Origin: Eledone cirrhosa
Taxonomy: Eukaryota
Assembly (NCBI GenBank): GCA_964016885.1
Contig: OZ024743.1
Span: forward strand, 91,450,001-91,514,000
DNA: 64,000 nucleotides
Reading direction: 5' to 3'
Each line of letters opens with the position of its first letter. The first letter of the stretch is position 1. The notes beneath the pieces were generated by a model that saw only the letters and a list, made by a program, of their open reading frames with translations, made no database searches and had not been told where the DNA came from. Shown in pieces: positions 53,481 through 64,000 of the stretch. The position numbers and the translations under genes are program-made.

Positions 53481-53540
53481 TACTTAAAATATACACAGAC
53501 ATGTATATAATGTAAAATGAAATTGGAAGGCTCATATATT

Positions 53541-53595
<55 letters not shown>

Positions 53596-53781
53596 GTGTC
53601 TGTGACATATATACACTAGTCACAGACACACACACATATACACACATATACATCATGTCCTAACACAAGTTAGGACATGATGTATATGATTTAATATTCA
53701 GTCACCAAATTCGAGGTAGATACTGTAATACTGTATTCGATTTTTTGAAGTCACCTGTTATAATTTCATTGAACAACACCA

Positions 53782-53784
<3 letters not shown>

Positions 53785-53868
<84 letters not shown>
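53785..53868. repeat. (CT)n microsatellite
   Basis: Direct inspection. Confidence 0.95.
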
Positions 53869-53871
<3 letters not shown>

Positions 53872-54080
53872 CACTTTCCTTCTCTGTCTCCTTCTCTCTC
53901 TCTATGTCTCTCTTTCAATCTACTCTCTCACAACCACTATCTCTTTCTCTCTCTCTATTTATGAAGGTACCCGGAAAACCCCCGTATCTCGGGAACCCGG
54001 GCTCCGATTAACGCGAAACTTCTTTTATTCCATTGTATTCCCATTTCAGGAGCAACTTCCTTTCAAAGTATTTTTCCATT

Positions 54081-54112
<32 letters not shown>

Positions 54113-54119
54113 GTGACCA

Positions 54120-54295
54120 ACCCAACCACGGATTACACATATTGGAATCGCTCCCACGAATCAACTCCATCACTAGGAAAATATCCGGCATCCCACCACA
54201 TCCTATACGGAACTACCTTAGGAACTTACCTACGGACATACACTCACAAAAAAATGTTTTTCCCACACGCCACCTACATCCACAATACGTATAAC
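54120..54295 (+). mobile_element. Possible frameshifted C-terminus of a LINE ORF (Rex1/L2-like)
   Basis: TRKISGIPPHPI in one frame, RTYTHKKMFFPHATYIHN in another, resembling KI..DP.HP...RT....SFFP.A....N. Confidence 0.3.
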
Positions 54296-54747
54296 ACCAC
54301 ACACACGTGCGTACCCCGACATATTTACACACTCAGCCTCCGGAATCCCCCCCCCCCTTTCCCCACCCCTTTGACCCCTCCCTATCCAGACACGCACACA
54401 CACACCGACCTACACCCCACCCACGCACACCTTTTCCTGAACATGGAACCCCGTTCTTCCCCCAACTCTCACATTCACATACACACACACACACGTACAC
54501 CTACACACACACACCACCTTCAGGCCTCCCCGCTCGGACACCCCACCTCCCTCTCCCCACTCCACCCGCCACCACCTCTACACGCCCCACACCCTTTCAC
54601 CACTTGTTTATCTTCATGTTTATTTTTATTTTTATGTTTTTCTATTTATTTTCATTTGTACCCCTTCCACCGTTTCCTGTCACCCCCTTTTTCTAAATGT
54701 CTCTCCCCCACTCCCCTACACACCCTTGTAACTCTCTTCCCACACAC

Positions 54748-54785
54748 TTTTCGCCTGAAGAAGGGCTTATGCCCGAAACGTCGTT
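54748..54785 (+). ncRNA. Minimal hammerhead ribozyme core of Penelope-pLTR type
   Basis: CTGAAGA-a-GGGC ttat GCCC-GAAA-CGTC, self-complementary ACGT in place of stem III; stem I unclear. Confidence 0.6.
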
Positions 54786-55324
54786 CCCCACCCACACCCC
54801 TACTCTCAAGAGCGTGAAACTAATAAACTTTTGTTCGTACTGCCTCTCTGTTTTGTTCCCGTTCCATTTTTCACTATATGAAATCCACCCAGCTTATGCT
54901 GACCGGACAACCATGTTGCTTGTTCATTTTCCTATCTTCGGTTTGCTTTTATCCTTCTATGTTGTTCACTTGTCCCCCTCGCTTTACGCGAATTACTGGT
55001 CCCAATAACTTTTTTTAGTTATTGCTCGCACCAACCTGAGGTATCTGATTTTTAATGATGGTTGGAAAATCACTGACGAAGGACTATTTTTATCATATGT
55101 AACCCATGTGCAACCACGCAGTATTCTTCTTTCTTCTCATGTTTTATATATATATATATATATATATTATTATTATTATTATTATGCTTTGGGAGGGTCA
55201 TGTTATTGGCAACATGATCCTCCCAAAGCATAACAATATCGGTTTCAACAGACGTTTTCAGATAAAGAATCTTGCTAAACAAATTCAGAAACGAAATATA
55301 TATACATATATATATAAAGAAAAG

Positions 55325-55793
55325 GTGAAGTTGGAAATAGCATGGAAAATATATTTTAGGGTCTGTTTTACTTTTTTTTTCAATTCTTTCTTTGATTCGA
55401 TAAAGTGACTCTATTGAAAAGATGACATTATTGAAAAAAGGGCGGTGAATTGGCAGTATCGGTAGATAGTCGGATGCCATGCTTTGACTCATAGAGTTAC
55501 GGCCCTTGCCATTCTGAGTTCAAATCCAGCCGAGGTTAAGTTAGCCTTTCATCATTACGGGGTCCATAAAATAAGGTACCAGTAATATACTGGGATAATT
55601 GCTGGCCTTGTGCCAATAGTAGAAACAACTATTGAAAAAATGAGGGACAATTCTTTTAAAAAAAAGTTTTATAATGTATAAAGTATAGAAAGTATTACCA
55701 GTTTCGTTGTATTATTAAAATTCACCTTATCAAATGTTGAGTATTGAAATAAAAAATAGGATGTTGTTCTGAGAGCAATCTGATGTCTCTAAA
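55325..55793 (+). repeat. Dispersed duplication, copy 1 (contains a SINE B); copy 2 at 56958-57255
   Basis: gtgaagttggaaatagcatggaaaatatattttagggtctgtttt...aatctgatgtctctaaa shared. Confidence 0.8.
55440..55629 (+). mobile_element. SINE family B copy with 11-bp TSD
   Basis: TSD tattgaaaaaa at 55429-55439 and 55630-55640. Confidence 0.88.
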
Positions 55794-56032
55794 GTTGCAA
55801 AAAACTTGGTGAATCTGGCCCTGGATAGATTTTTAAGTAGAAGAAAGAACACATGAAATAACACTTTACTCCTAATTCCCCCTTTTTCTCTACCACTCCC
55901 TTAAGCTATAGAATCCCTCGGGACTCGGAGTTGGTGGGGGACGCCCACTTTGAGAACCTCTGATCAACAGAAACAAATTTGATTTATCTTATATATATAT
56001 ATAATAAATGTAATCTGAGTTTTTCAAATATT

Positions 56033-56214
56033 AATAATTTTTTCTACTTTTGGCACAAGCCAGCAATTACCAGTACATTACTGGTACTTTATTTTATCGA
56101 CCCCGTAAGGATGAAAGGCAAAGTTAACCTCGGCGGGATTTGAACTCAGATCATAAAGGGACGTAACTATGCTGGCAAGCATGTCCGATCTTCTACCGAT
56201 ACTGCCAATTCACC
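56033..56214 (-). mobile_element. SINE family B copy
   Basis: Reverse complement of family B (ctggtacttttattttatcgaccccgtaaggatgaaaggcaaagtt). Confidence 0.85.
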
Positions 56215-56249
56215 TATTCGATTTGTTTGCAATTTTGCAAACAAGCCTC

Positions 56250-56404
56250 AATTTTTTTTTTTCTGTTTTTCTTTTTTTCTTTTTTTCTTATTTTCTTATT
56301 TTCTTTTTTTCTTTTTTTCTTTTTTTCTTTTTTCTTTTTTTCTTTTTTTCTTTTTTTCTTTTTTTCTTTTTTTTCTTTTTTTCTTTTTTTCTTTTTTTCT
56401 TTTT
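56250..56404. repeat. (CTTTTTTT)n-like T-rich low-complexity tract
   Basis: Direct inspection. Confidence 0.9.
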
Positions 56405-56625
56405 GTATTCAGCCATGTAGCCATTTCTTAGGGAAAACTTGAACCGTTAAGGTATATTTTCCTTCGTTATGTCAAAATTTATAAAACACACTTCGTATTT
56501 TATCTGATGATAGCGTACCAAAATGTTGGTACCCTTGAAATATATATAATAGAATAAATATGGTTTTATAAATATAGTTTCCATTTATTTAATATCATTG
56601 AATATTATACTCCAGAAAACCCGTC

Positions 56626-56688
56626 TGCTATTTCCAACTTCACCATTTCTCTGTATCCAGTTTTGTATAAAACCTTACTTCCCTTTTC

Positions 56689-56772
<84 letters not shown>

Positions 56773-56785
56773 GTATATATATGTA

Positions 56786-56842
<57 letters not shown>

Positions 56843-56845
56843 GTA

Positions 56846-56887
<42 letters not shown>

Positions 56888-56975
56888 TGTGTGTGTGTGT
56901 GTGTGAATTAGAAAAGGGAAGTAAGGTTTTATACAAAACAGTGGATACAGAGAAAACGTGAAGTTGGAAATAGCA
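56626..56975. repeat. Inverted repeat (~66-bp arms) around a (CA)n/(TA)n/(TG)n core
   Basis: 56626-56691 is the near-perfect reverse complement of 56908-56975. Confidence 0.9.
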
Positions 56976-57330
56976 TGGAAAATATATTTTAGGGTCTGTT
57001 TTTCCTTTTTTTATCCTTTCTTTGATTCGTTAAAGTGACATTATTGAAAGAATGAGTGGGACAATTCTTTTCAAAAGTTTTATAAAGTATATAAAGTATA
57101 TAAAGTATTAATGGTTTCGATGTATTATTAAAATTCATCTTATCAATATTGAGTATTGAAATAAAAAAATTTAAAGAATTAATAGGAGTTAAATAATAGG
57201 ATGTTGTATAATACAGGATGTGATATTGTTCTGATAGGAATCTGATGTCTCTAAAAATGTTTTTTAATTTCCCACCACAAAGGGATCTGTGACAGACAGG
57301 CTGAAAAACACACACACACACATGTGTATT

Positions 57331-57652
57331 GTGCGTGAACGACCCAGCATGAATGTGTTGAGAGAGAAACTGTGTCTGAGAGGGATAGAATGTAGTGTGC
57401 GAGAGAGCAAACTGAAGTGGTATGGACATGTGATGCGCATGGAGGGTGACTGATCGATGAAGAAATGCCAGGAAATGCCAGTTGAAGGAAGACGTGGTAG
57501 AGGTAGACCACGAAAAACATGGGCGGAGGTGGTGAGAACAGACCTCAGACCGCTGAAGCTCACGGTGGAGATGAAGGACCGTGACAAGTAGGGAGATGCT
57601 GTGCTGAATAGGACCTGTCCCAGCCTTGCAAGCAGGGAAAAGCGGACGTAAA

Positions 57653-57694
<42 letters not shown>
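57331..57694 (+). mobile_element. 5'-truncated RTE LINE with (GAT)n tail
   Basis: LREKLCLRGI...KLKWYGHVMRM...VEGRRGRGRPRKTWAEVVRTDL; tail ccttgcaagcagggaaaagcggacgtaaaa(tga)n. Confidence 0.85.
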
Positions 57695-57695
<1 letters not shown>

Positions 57696-58558
57696 CACCA
57701 CCCCTGATACTCTGCTCTGGTTGTTTTTTTGTTTTTTTTAAGTCTTTAAATTTGGAATTTTGAAGGAATTTTTATATTTTAGAAATTTTTTGAATTTAAA
57801 AAAAATTTTTTTTTTAATTTCTTGCCACAAAGGGACCTGTGACAGATAGACTGAACCCCCCCCACACACACACACATGTGTGTATTGTTATATATACACC
57901 CTCACACTATATATATACACACACTCCCTAAAACCATATTCCAATAATAGAATTTCTCTTATAATCCTACTGCTGCCATAGAATTTGCCTCTAGCTTACA
58001 ATTCCTCATCCTCATTTGAACTCTTGACCAGTCAATTAACACAATCAGATATACACACACATATTTACAGGATGTTTCCTTTGTCTCCCCAAAAACAACT
58101 TTGTTCTGTGAAGAAACACAACCACCAACACCGCTGCTACTATCTTCACTACCACCTCTCTCTATTAACAACAACTATACATACATTAACCTATAATTAA
58201 TGTTTAATTATAGGTTAATTATAGTTAATTATAGGTTTAGTTTACACATTTTGCTTATGTCACACTGAGCCCATCGCTATTTCAGAGCACCAATCCTAAT
58301 TCCTAATTTTTGCTGGATCAGCAATCGCTCTGTATAATCAGCTCCTGATTATTACTAGAATTCTATAAGCATTCAGCTTCTGTCAGCCTCTCTCCCTTCT
58401 TTCGCCAAAAATAAGTAAGTGACATAGTCACTACTTTAAAACTGATAGCGTATGGTCTTCTAAATGTTTTTAATTAAACATATGGTATATTGCCAAATAT
58501 ACTATACATACATTCAAATATATATATATTTTGTATGTATATATATATATAGAGAGAG

Positions 58559-58914
58559 AGAGGCACATGGCTTAGTGGTTAGAGCATTGGCCTTGCAATC
58601 AAAAGGTTGTGAGTTCAATTCTCAGACCGGGTGATAAGTTGTGTCCTTGAGCAAGACACTTTATTTCACATTGCTCCAGTTTACTCAGCTGTAGAAATGA
58701 GATGATAGGACTGGGGTCCATATCATTCCACTGCAAAGTAGTCGTGGAGGTGCCACGGCAAAAAAGCACCCAGCACTCACTGTAAATGAGGTTGGTGTTA
58801 GGAAGGGCATCCAGCTGTAGAAATCAAGCCAGAATCAGTTCCCGTCCCACCCTTGCAAGCAGGGAAAAGCGGACGTAAAATGATGATGATGATGATGATG
58901 ACGATGATGATGAT
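58559..58914 (+). mobile_element. Complete SINE family A copy (tRNA head, core, one hairpin module, RTE-type tail)
   Basis: A/B boxes, gtccttgagcaagacactttatttcac core, gtcgtggaggtgccacggcaaaaaagcacccagcactcactgtaaa module, (GAT)n tail. Confidence 0.9.
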
Positions 58915-59303
58915 ATATATATATATCTACGCTAATTGTATTTCTCATCAATGGAAAGACAGTCATCACAGTATAATTATAGATATTGTTTAATTATAGG
59001 TTTAGTTTACACATTTTGCTTATGTCACACTGAGCCCATTTTGCTTTTTAATATGTATTGGTATGATCTACACGTTACTTATACCCTATGTGTTTTCCAG
59101 TTTCCTTTGTAATTATTATTTCTTTATGAATTTAAATTATAAATAATAATAGATGGTTAAATTTTCAAAGTTGGTAGTGTGTGTTTGAAGGGGAATTAGT
59201 TGATTAGGTTTATAGAATGATTACAAATATATATGATTACAAATATATACATATCTTTATATACATACATACACACATACACACATATGTGTACATACAT
59301 ATG

Positions 59304-59334
<31 letters not shown>

Positions 59335-59335
59335 T

Positions 59336-59367
<32 letters not shown>

Positions 59368-59528
59368 TATATATACACATATATATATATATACATATAC
59401 ATACACACATATATATATATATATACACACATATATATATACACATATATATATACACACATATATATATATACACATATACACACACATATATATATAT
59501 ATAATGTATAAAAAACAATACAAGATAA

Positions 59529-59604
59529 TTACCTCATTACCAGAGGTTTCCCGAATAAGACGAATACGAAAGAAACGTCTTCATTCGTTCGTCGGACGAG
59601 GCAA
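59529..59604 (-). ncRNA. Type I hammerhead ribozyme fold in pLTR
   Basis: Stem I ttgcctcgt/atgaggtaa (9 bp incl. GU), core CCGACGA, stem II cgaatgaagacg/cgtcttattcg, GAAA, stem III acc-tct-ggt, GUA cleavage triplet. Confidence 0.7.
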
Positions 59605-60814
59605 TATAAAACATAGAGAAATATTTGGAAAGTCTCTTCAAGAAATGCAAAAAAAAAATGTATATATATATATATAGATAAAGGTAATACAATAGACATA
59701 TAAAATAAAAAAATAAAATATAAAATATATAAAAAATTTTTTAAAGAAATATAGTTAGGTGTGTGTATATGTATGTATATACACTCACAGATATACATAT
59801 GTAAGTATGTACAAATGTGTGTGCATAGTGAAAATGTGTGCGTAAATATATGTATGAGGGCAAGTATATCTGTGTATATGTAACCATAGACACAGCCATG
59901 ATATGATTGTCTGGTTGACAGGTATACAGAAAAACAGGATATTAGATACATTATAAGAATATGAAGGCACGCGTATAAACACACACACACGCGCGTACAC
60001 TTATATGCGGAAGAAAAAGAGGTAAGGGAGTGTAATAGTAAAAAGAAAGTATCATTCTCGATATAGATATAAAAATGGAACAATAATTTAGAAAGAAAAA
60101 AATTGCAAAGTAAAGAAAAGAAAACAAACAAGGTACACGCGTACATACACACATATATCTATCAGAAACATATATCTATAAAATATATATATATACACGC
60201 AATACGTGTAAACAAAAGCGTATGCAAGCGTACATACACACACAGGATGCACATATATATATACATACACATCGCCCCATGTATATCTAATCACGCGTAC
60301 GTACGCGAACTGTATACACACAAACACATACACACACATAAGTATATATATATACATACGCACACATACACATCCATACATGCAGTACGTACACACACAC
60401 ACACACATACATACACTCACGCACGTTGACCCGCTAACATGCACACACATAAAAATAAGAAAATAAAAAGAACAGATGTAAAAACACAGATATAAAAACA
60501 CACATACATACACATATATATGCACGCACGCGCGCGCACATACGGAGGCGTTCGTGTACATATACAGAAAGTATACACACATAAAGACGCTCAGACATAG
60601 ATACAGGGTGTAAAAACAGCCTTGTGAATAAGTGAGTACAAATATAAAAATATAAAATTGGCTGCGAAATAACAGAAAATATCTGGAGTGGAAAACGCAA
60701 GTGAACTGTTTAATCAGGTAGTGAAGAAAATAGGGAAGTAAAAGGTGGAAAGTGGAGATATTAGGTAAGTGAATCGGAGAATAAAGTGTGGGGGCGGTAG
60801 TGGTGGATGTGAAG

Positions 60815-61115
60815 TAAAAATAAAAATAAAAATAAAAATAAAAATAAAAATAAAAATAAAAATAAAAATAAAAATAAAAATAAAAATAAAAATAAAAATA
60901 AAAATAAAAATAAAAATAAAAATAAAAATAAAAATAAAAATAAAAATAAAAATAAAAATAAAAATAAAAATAAAAATAAAAATAAAAATAAAAATAAAAA
61001 TAAAAATAAAAATAAAAATAAAAATAAAAATAAAAATAAAAATAGAAATAGAAATAGAAATAAAAATAAAAATAAAAATAAAAATAAAAATAAAAATAAA
61101 AATAAAAATAAAATA
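60815..61115. repeat. (TAAAAA)n hexanucleotide microsatellite
   Basis: About 50 units, three with A->G. Confidence 0.95.
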
Positions 61116-61190
61116 AATAATAAGGTTAAAAATGAAAGTAAATCAGAAAAGGTAGTCTTAAAGAGAATAATTTAAGTGAAGAATAAGAGC

Positions 61191-61547
61191 TTATGGAGGA
61201 TAAGTATCTGAAAGTGTGTTAAGTTTATATGAGCTGGAAAGCAGGTGTGATTTCATGTGTGGGTAACTGGCGAAAATTTCTGTCTTTGTGTTTAGGCAGG
61301 TCTTTGGTGATTTAAGGTTTTGCAAAATCCAATATTTTTCATTTATGCAGAGCGTGCACTTTCTTGTTCCTCTTGCATATTCTTTAGATTGGTTCAAAAT
61401 TGACCAATCCAATTTATATTGGATACCTTGGTCTTTCAAATCCCACATTCTGCTAGCCAGAGCTGTTGTAAATCTTTTTTCTGGATGTCGGAAAGATGCG
61501 ACATGTGAGTAATAACGCGTTTTGAATTTGTCTTGCGTCATACCCAC
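61191..61547 (-). pseudogene. Penelope-like GIY-YIG endonuclease C-terminal fragment
   Basis: VGMTQDKFKTRYYSHVASFRH...TALASRMWDLK...WSIL...CTLCINEKYWIL...LNTKTEIF. Confidence 0.85.
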
Positions 61548-61754
61548 TTGTACATACTTACATATGTATATCTGTGAGTGTATATACATACATATACACA
61601 CACCTAACTATATTTCTTAAAAAAATTTTTTATATATTTTATATTTTATTTTTTTATTTTATATGTCTATTGTATTACCTTTATCTATATATATATACAT
61701 TTTTTTTTTTGCATTTCTTGATGAGACTTTCCAAATATTTCTCTATGTTTTATA

Positions 61755-61830
61755 TTGCCTCGCCCGACGAACGAATGAAGACGTTTCTTTCGTATTCGTC
61801 TTATTCGGGAAACCTCTGGTAATGAGGTAA
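61755..61830 (+). ncRNA. Type I hammerhead ribozyme fold in pLTR (second copy)
   Basis: Same as 59529-59604 but T->C breaks the stem I pair next to the core. Confidence 0.6.
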
Positions 61831-62022
61831 TTATCTTGTATTGTTTTTTATACATTAAATCTTGCTCTGGTACTTACATAGAGCACTCTTCACTCCTATG
61901 ACTTTTTCTATTTTCAACGGAAACTTCAATACATATATATATATATACACACACACACGCTCTCATGCATACACACGCATACACACATTCATACGCACAC
62001 ATATACATACATATATACACAT

Positions 62023-62111
<89 letters not shown>

Positions 62112-62116
62112 CACAA

Positions 62117-62154
<38 letters not shown>

Positions 62155-62411
62155 GCACATATATCTGTCCCAGGATGATTTTGTATTCGAAATACGTATA
62201 ATAAAATATATGGAACTCTTAAAACCATCTTTTATTTCATCTTTATTATATATACTCCAGTTCTACCAACTGTTGAGTGCTACTTATTTGATATATGCAT
62301 AGTTTTATTGTTCTACACTATTACTCACCTTCTATATTAACTTGCTCCTTGATTGTTTGAGCGCTAACTCTTATATCGGATACTATTGATGGTCTCTACC
62401 TCTATTAAAAC

Positions 62412-64000
62412 ATGGATTACTACAGCATCACAACTTCACTTAAAGACATACCTATACCGGGAAAAACTGAATACACAAAACTTTTGATAGAAAAAAAGGA
62501 CTCTTTCGTGTGGAGGCTTAGATGGATCGCTCATTTCCATGACCAGCGCTTAAAAGGAAATTTTTATAGAAAGGATCCTAATAACCTCGATTCATTATTT
62601 AACTCCAGAAGAAATCCTCCCTTTAATAAAAACTTAGCACATTTTGAAAACAAATTAACTAAAATTATACGAGGACTTAAATTCAAAAGAAAACCTTATC
62701 GAGGCCAGGGACACCTTATCAACCTTAAGAATTAAATTAATGACCTTAATTCTTCTAAAAACGTATTAGTTCATTCTGACAAAACAAATAATTTATATGG
62801 CATAAGTAAGGATAAATATAATAACCTTATCCTTAAAGAACTAAGAAAAAATTATCGTAAAACTACGCACAATAATCTGGATTCTATCAACAGAGAAGCA
62901 TATGAGAAAATAACCAACCTCGGAATTGAGAAAAAATGGAACCCTTCTTCCCAAGAACTCCGAGGATTAGTCTGAAGGATCATAAAAGAAATTTTCGAAC
63001 GGACTTGCTTGTAAGGCTAATTGCCCCTTCTAAATCTGACGTAGGGGTTGTTAGTAAATCCATCTTGGATAGAATTATCCCACAGGTTAGGTATAAATCT
63101 CAACTAAATTTATGGTTGGGTTCATCTGAAGTAATAGATAAAATAAAAACAAACTGAAATTTATTCAATTAGACATTGCTAACTATTACTCTTGTATTTC
63201 TCCTTCACTCCTAAACAAGGCTCTCTCATATGCTTTAAAATATACGGACATTACTAGTGAAGAAATAAACATCATTCGCACCGCTAGGAAAACCATCTTG
63301 GAATTTAAAAAGGAATATTGGACAAGAGCGGTCCTTCCAACAATTTCGACATCACCATGGGTTCTTCGGATTCAGCTCAACTGACCGACTTAGTTGGAAT
63401 TTTCATCTTGAATTCTTTAAACCGGAAAATACCCCAACTTTGCGGTGGGATTTATCGTGATGATGCTCTCTTTACTGTCTCTAATTGTAACATTGTAAAC
63501 TTTAATATACTTAAGAAAAAAATACTTGATCTATTTAAGCATCTTAACTTAAAAATTGAATTCGAGAATAATGATAAACTAGCAAATTTCCTTGATATAT
63601 CCCTTAATCTAGATACCGACCTATATTACCCATATCATAAGGATAATGAGAACTTAAATTACGTTAACTTTAAATCTAACCACCCTAATAACGTTAAAAT
63701 TGCTATAGTCAAAAGCGTAGAAAAAAGAATTTTTATTTATTCTCTAATAAAGATATCTTCGAAGCTAATGCCAACTATTATAATAATGCGCTATCTAGGG
63801 CTGGATATCTAGACAAAATTAGGTATACTAAGGAACTTAATCTTGACAGAGGTTATAATAACTCTAGTAATGTAGCTCGTAATAATCATACTGCTAACAA
63901 AAGGAGGAGACCTAGATATAAAAATATCCTTTGGTACAACGCTCCCTTCTCTCTTTCCGTTATTAATAATATCCCTAAATTATTTTTAAGGCATTACATA
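62412..64000 (+). pseudogene. Penelope-like reverse transcriptase, several frameshifts
   Basis: SLKDIPIP, RLRWIAHF, SDKTNN, LKDHK, RLIAPSKS, QLDIANYY, ITMGSSDSA, IYRDD, FLDISL, SNHP, ILWYNAPFS spread over different frames. Confidence 0.9.

Larger units (their letters stand above)
59502..61547 (-). mobile_element. Penelope-like element 3' part (GIY-YIG end, microsatellite-rich 3' region, pLTR), inverted relative to the downstream copy
   Basis: GIY-YIG C-terminal ORF followed by pLTR 59502-59814 matching 61548-61857 in reverse. Confidence 0.85.
61548..64000 (+). mobile_element. Penelope-like retroelement: 5' pLTR plus RT ORF, continuing past the window end
   Basis: pLTR 61548-61857 with hammerhead fold, then PLE ORF from 62412. 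Confidence 0.9.

Noticed and set aside
55072-55110. ctgacgaagg as a hammerhead core
   Set aside because: No stem II partner or GAAA downstream.
61711-61745. Second hammerhead (cttgatgagactttccaaa) in the pLTR
   Set aside because: Both core segments are broken and stems I/III are not evident.
59196-62302. YI/CV/HT/KI-repeat ORFs (also 9298-9822, 10501-10887, 56598-56936)
   Set aside because: Translations of microsatellites.

Overview
AT-rich, microsatellite-dense animal genomic DNA with no recognisable host gene. The SINE/RTE/Penelope repertoire resembles octopus (cephalopod) DNA, which is an inference. The window is dominated by a ~38.9 kb, highly homogeneous 48-bp satellite (~13.17-52.03 kb, about 810 monomers). 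Its monomer is an internal hairpin module of a local tRNA-derived SINE, and both flanks are the matching parts of one minus-strand SINE copy, so the array appears to have grown inside a single SINE. It has nested higher-order duplications (~1.25, 1.49, 2.6, 3.5 and 10.2 kb). The left flank holds a near-intact RTE LINE (APE + RT + three C-terminal C2H2-type fingers) stacked in (TATG)n tracts, a Helitron with an internal minisatellite, a MITE and CRE-like fragments. The right flank holds SINEs, a MITE, hairpins/palindromes and a head-to-head Penelope-like element pair whose inverted pLTRs carry hammerhead ribozyme folds. The long repetitive ORFs in the satellite are judged non-coding.
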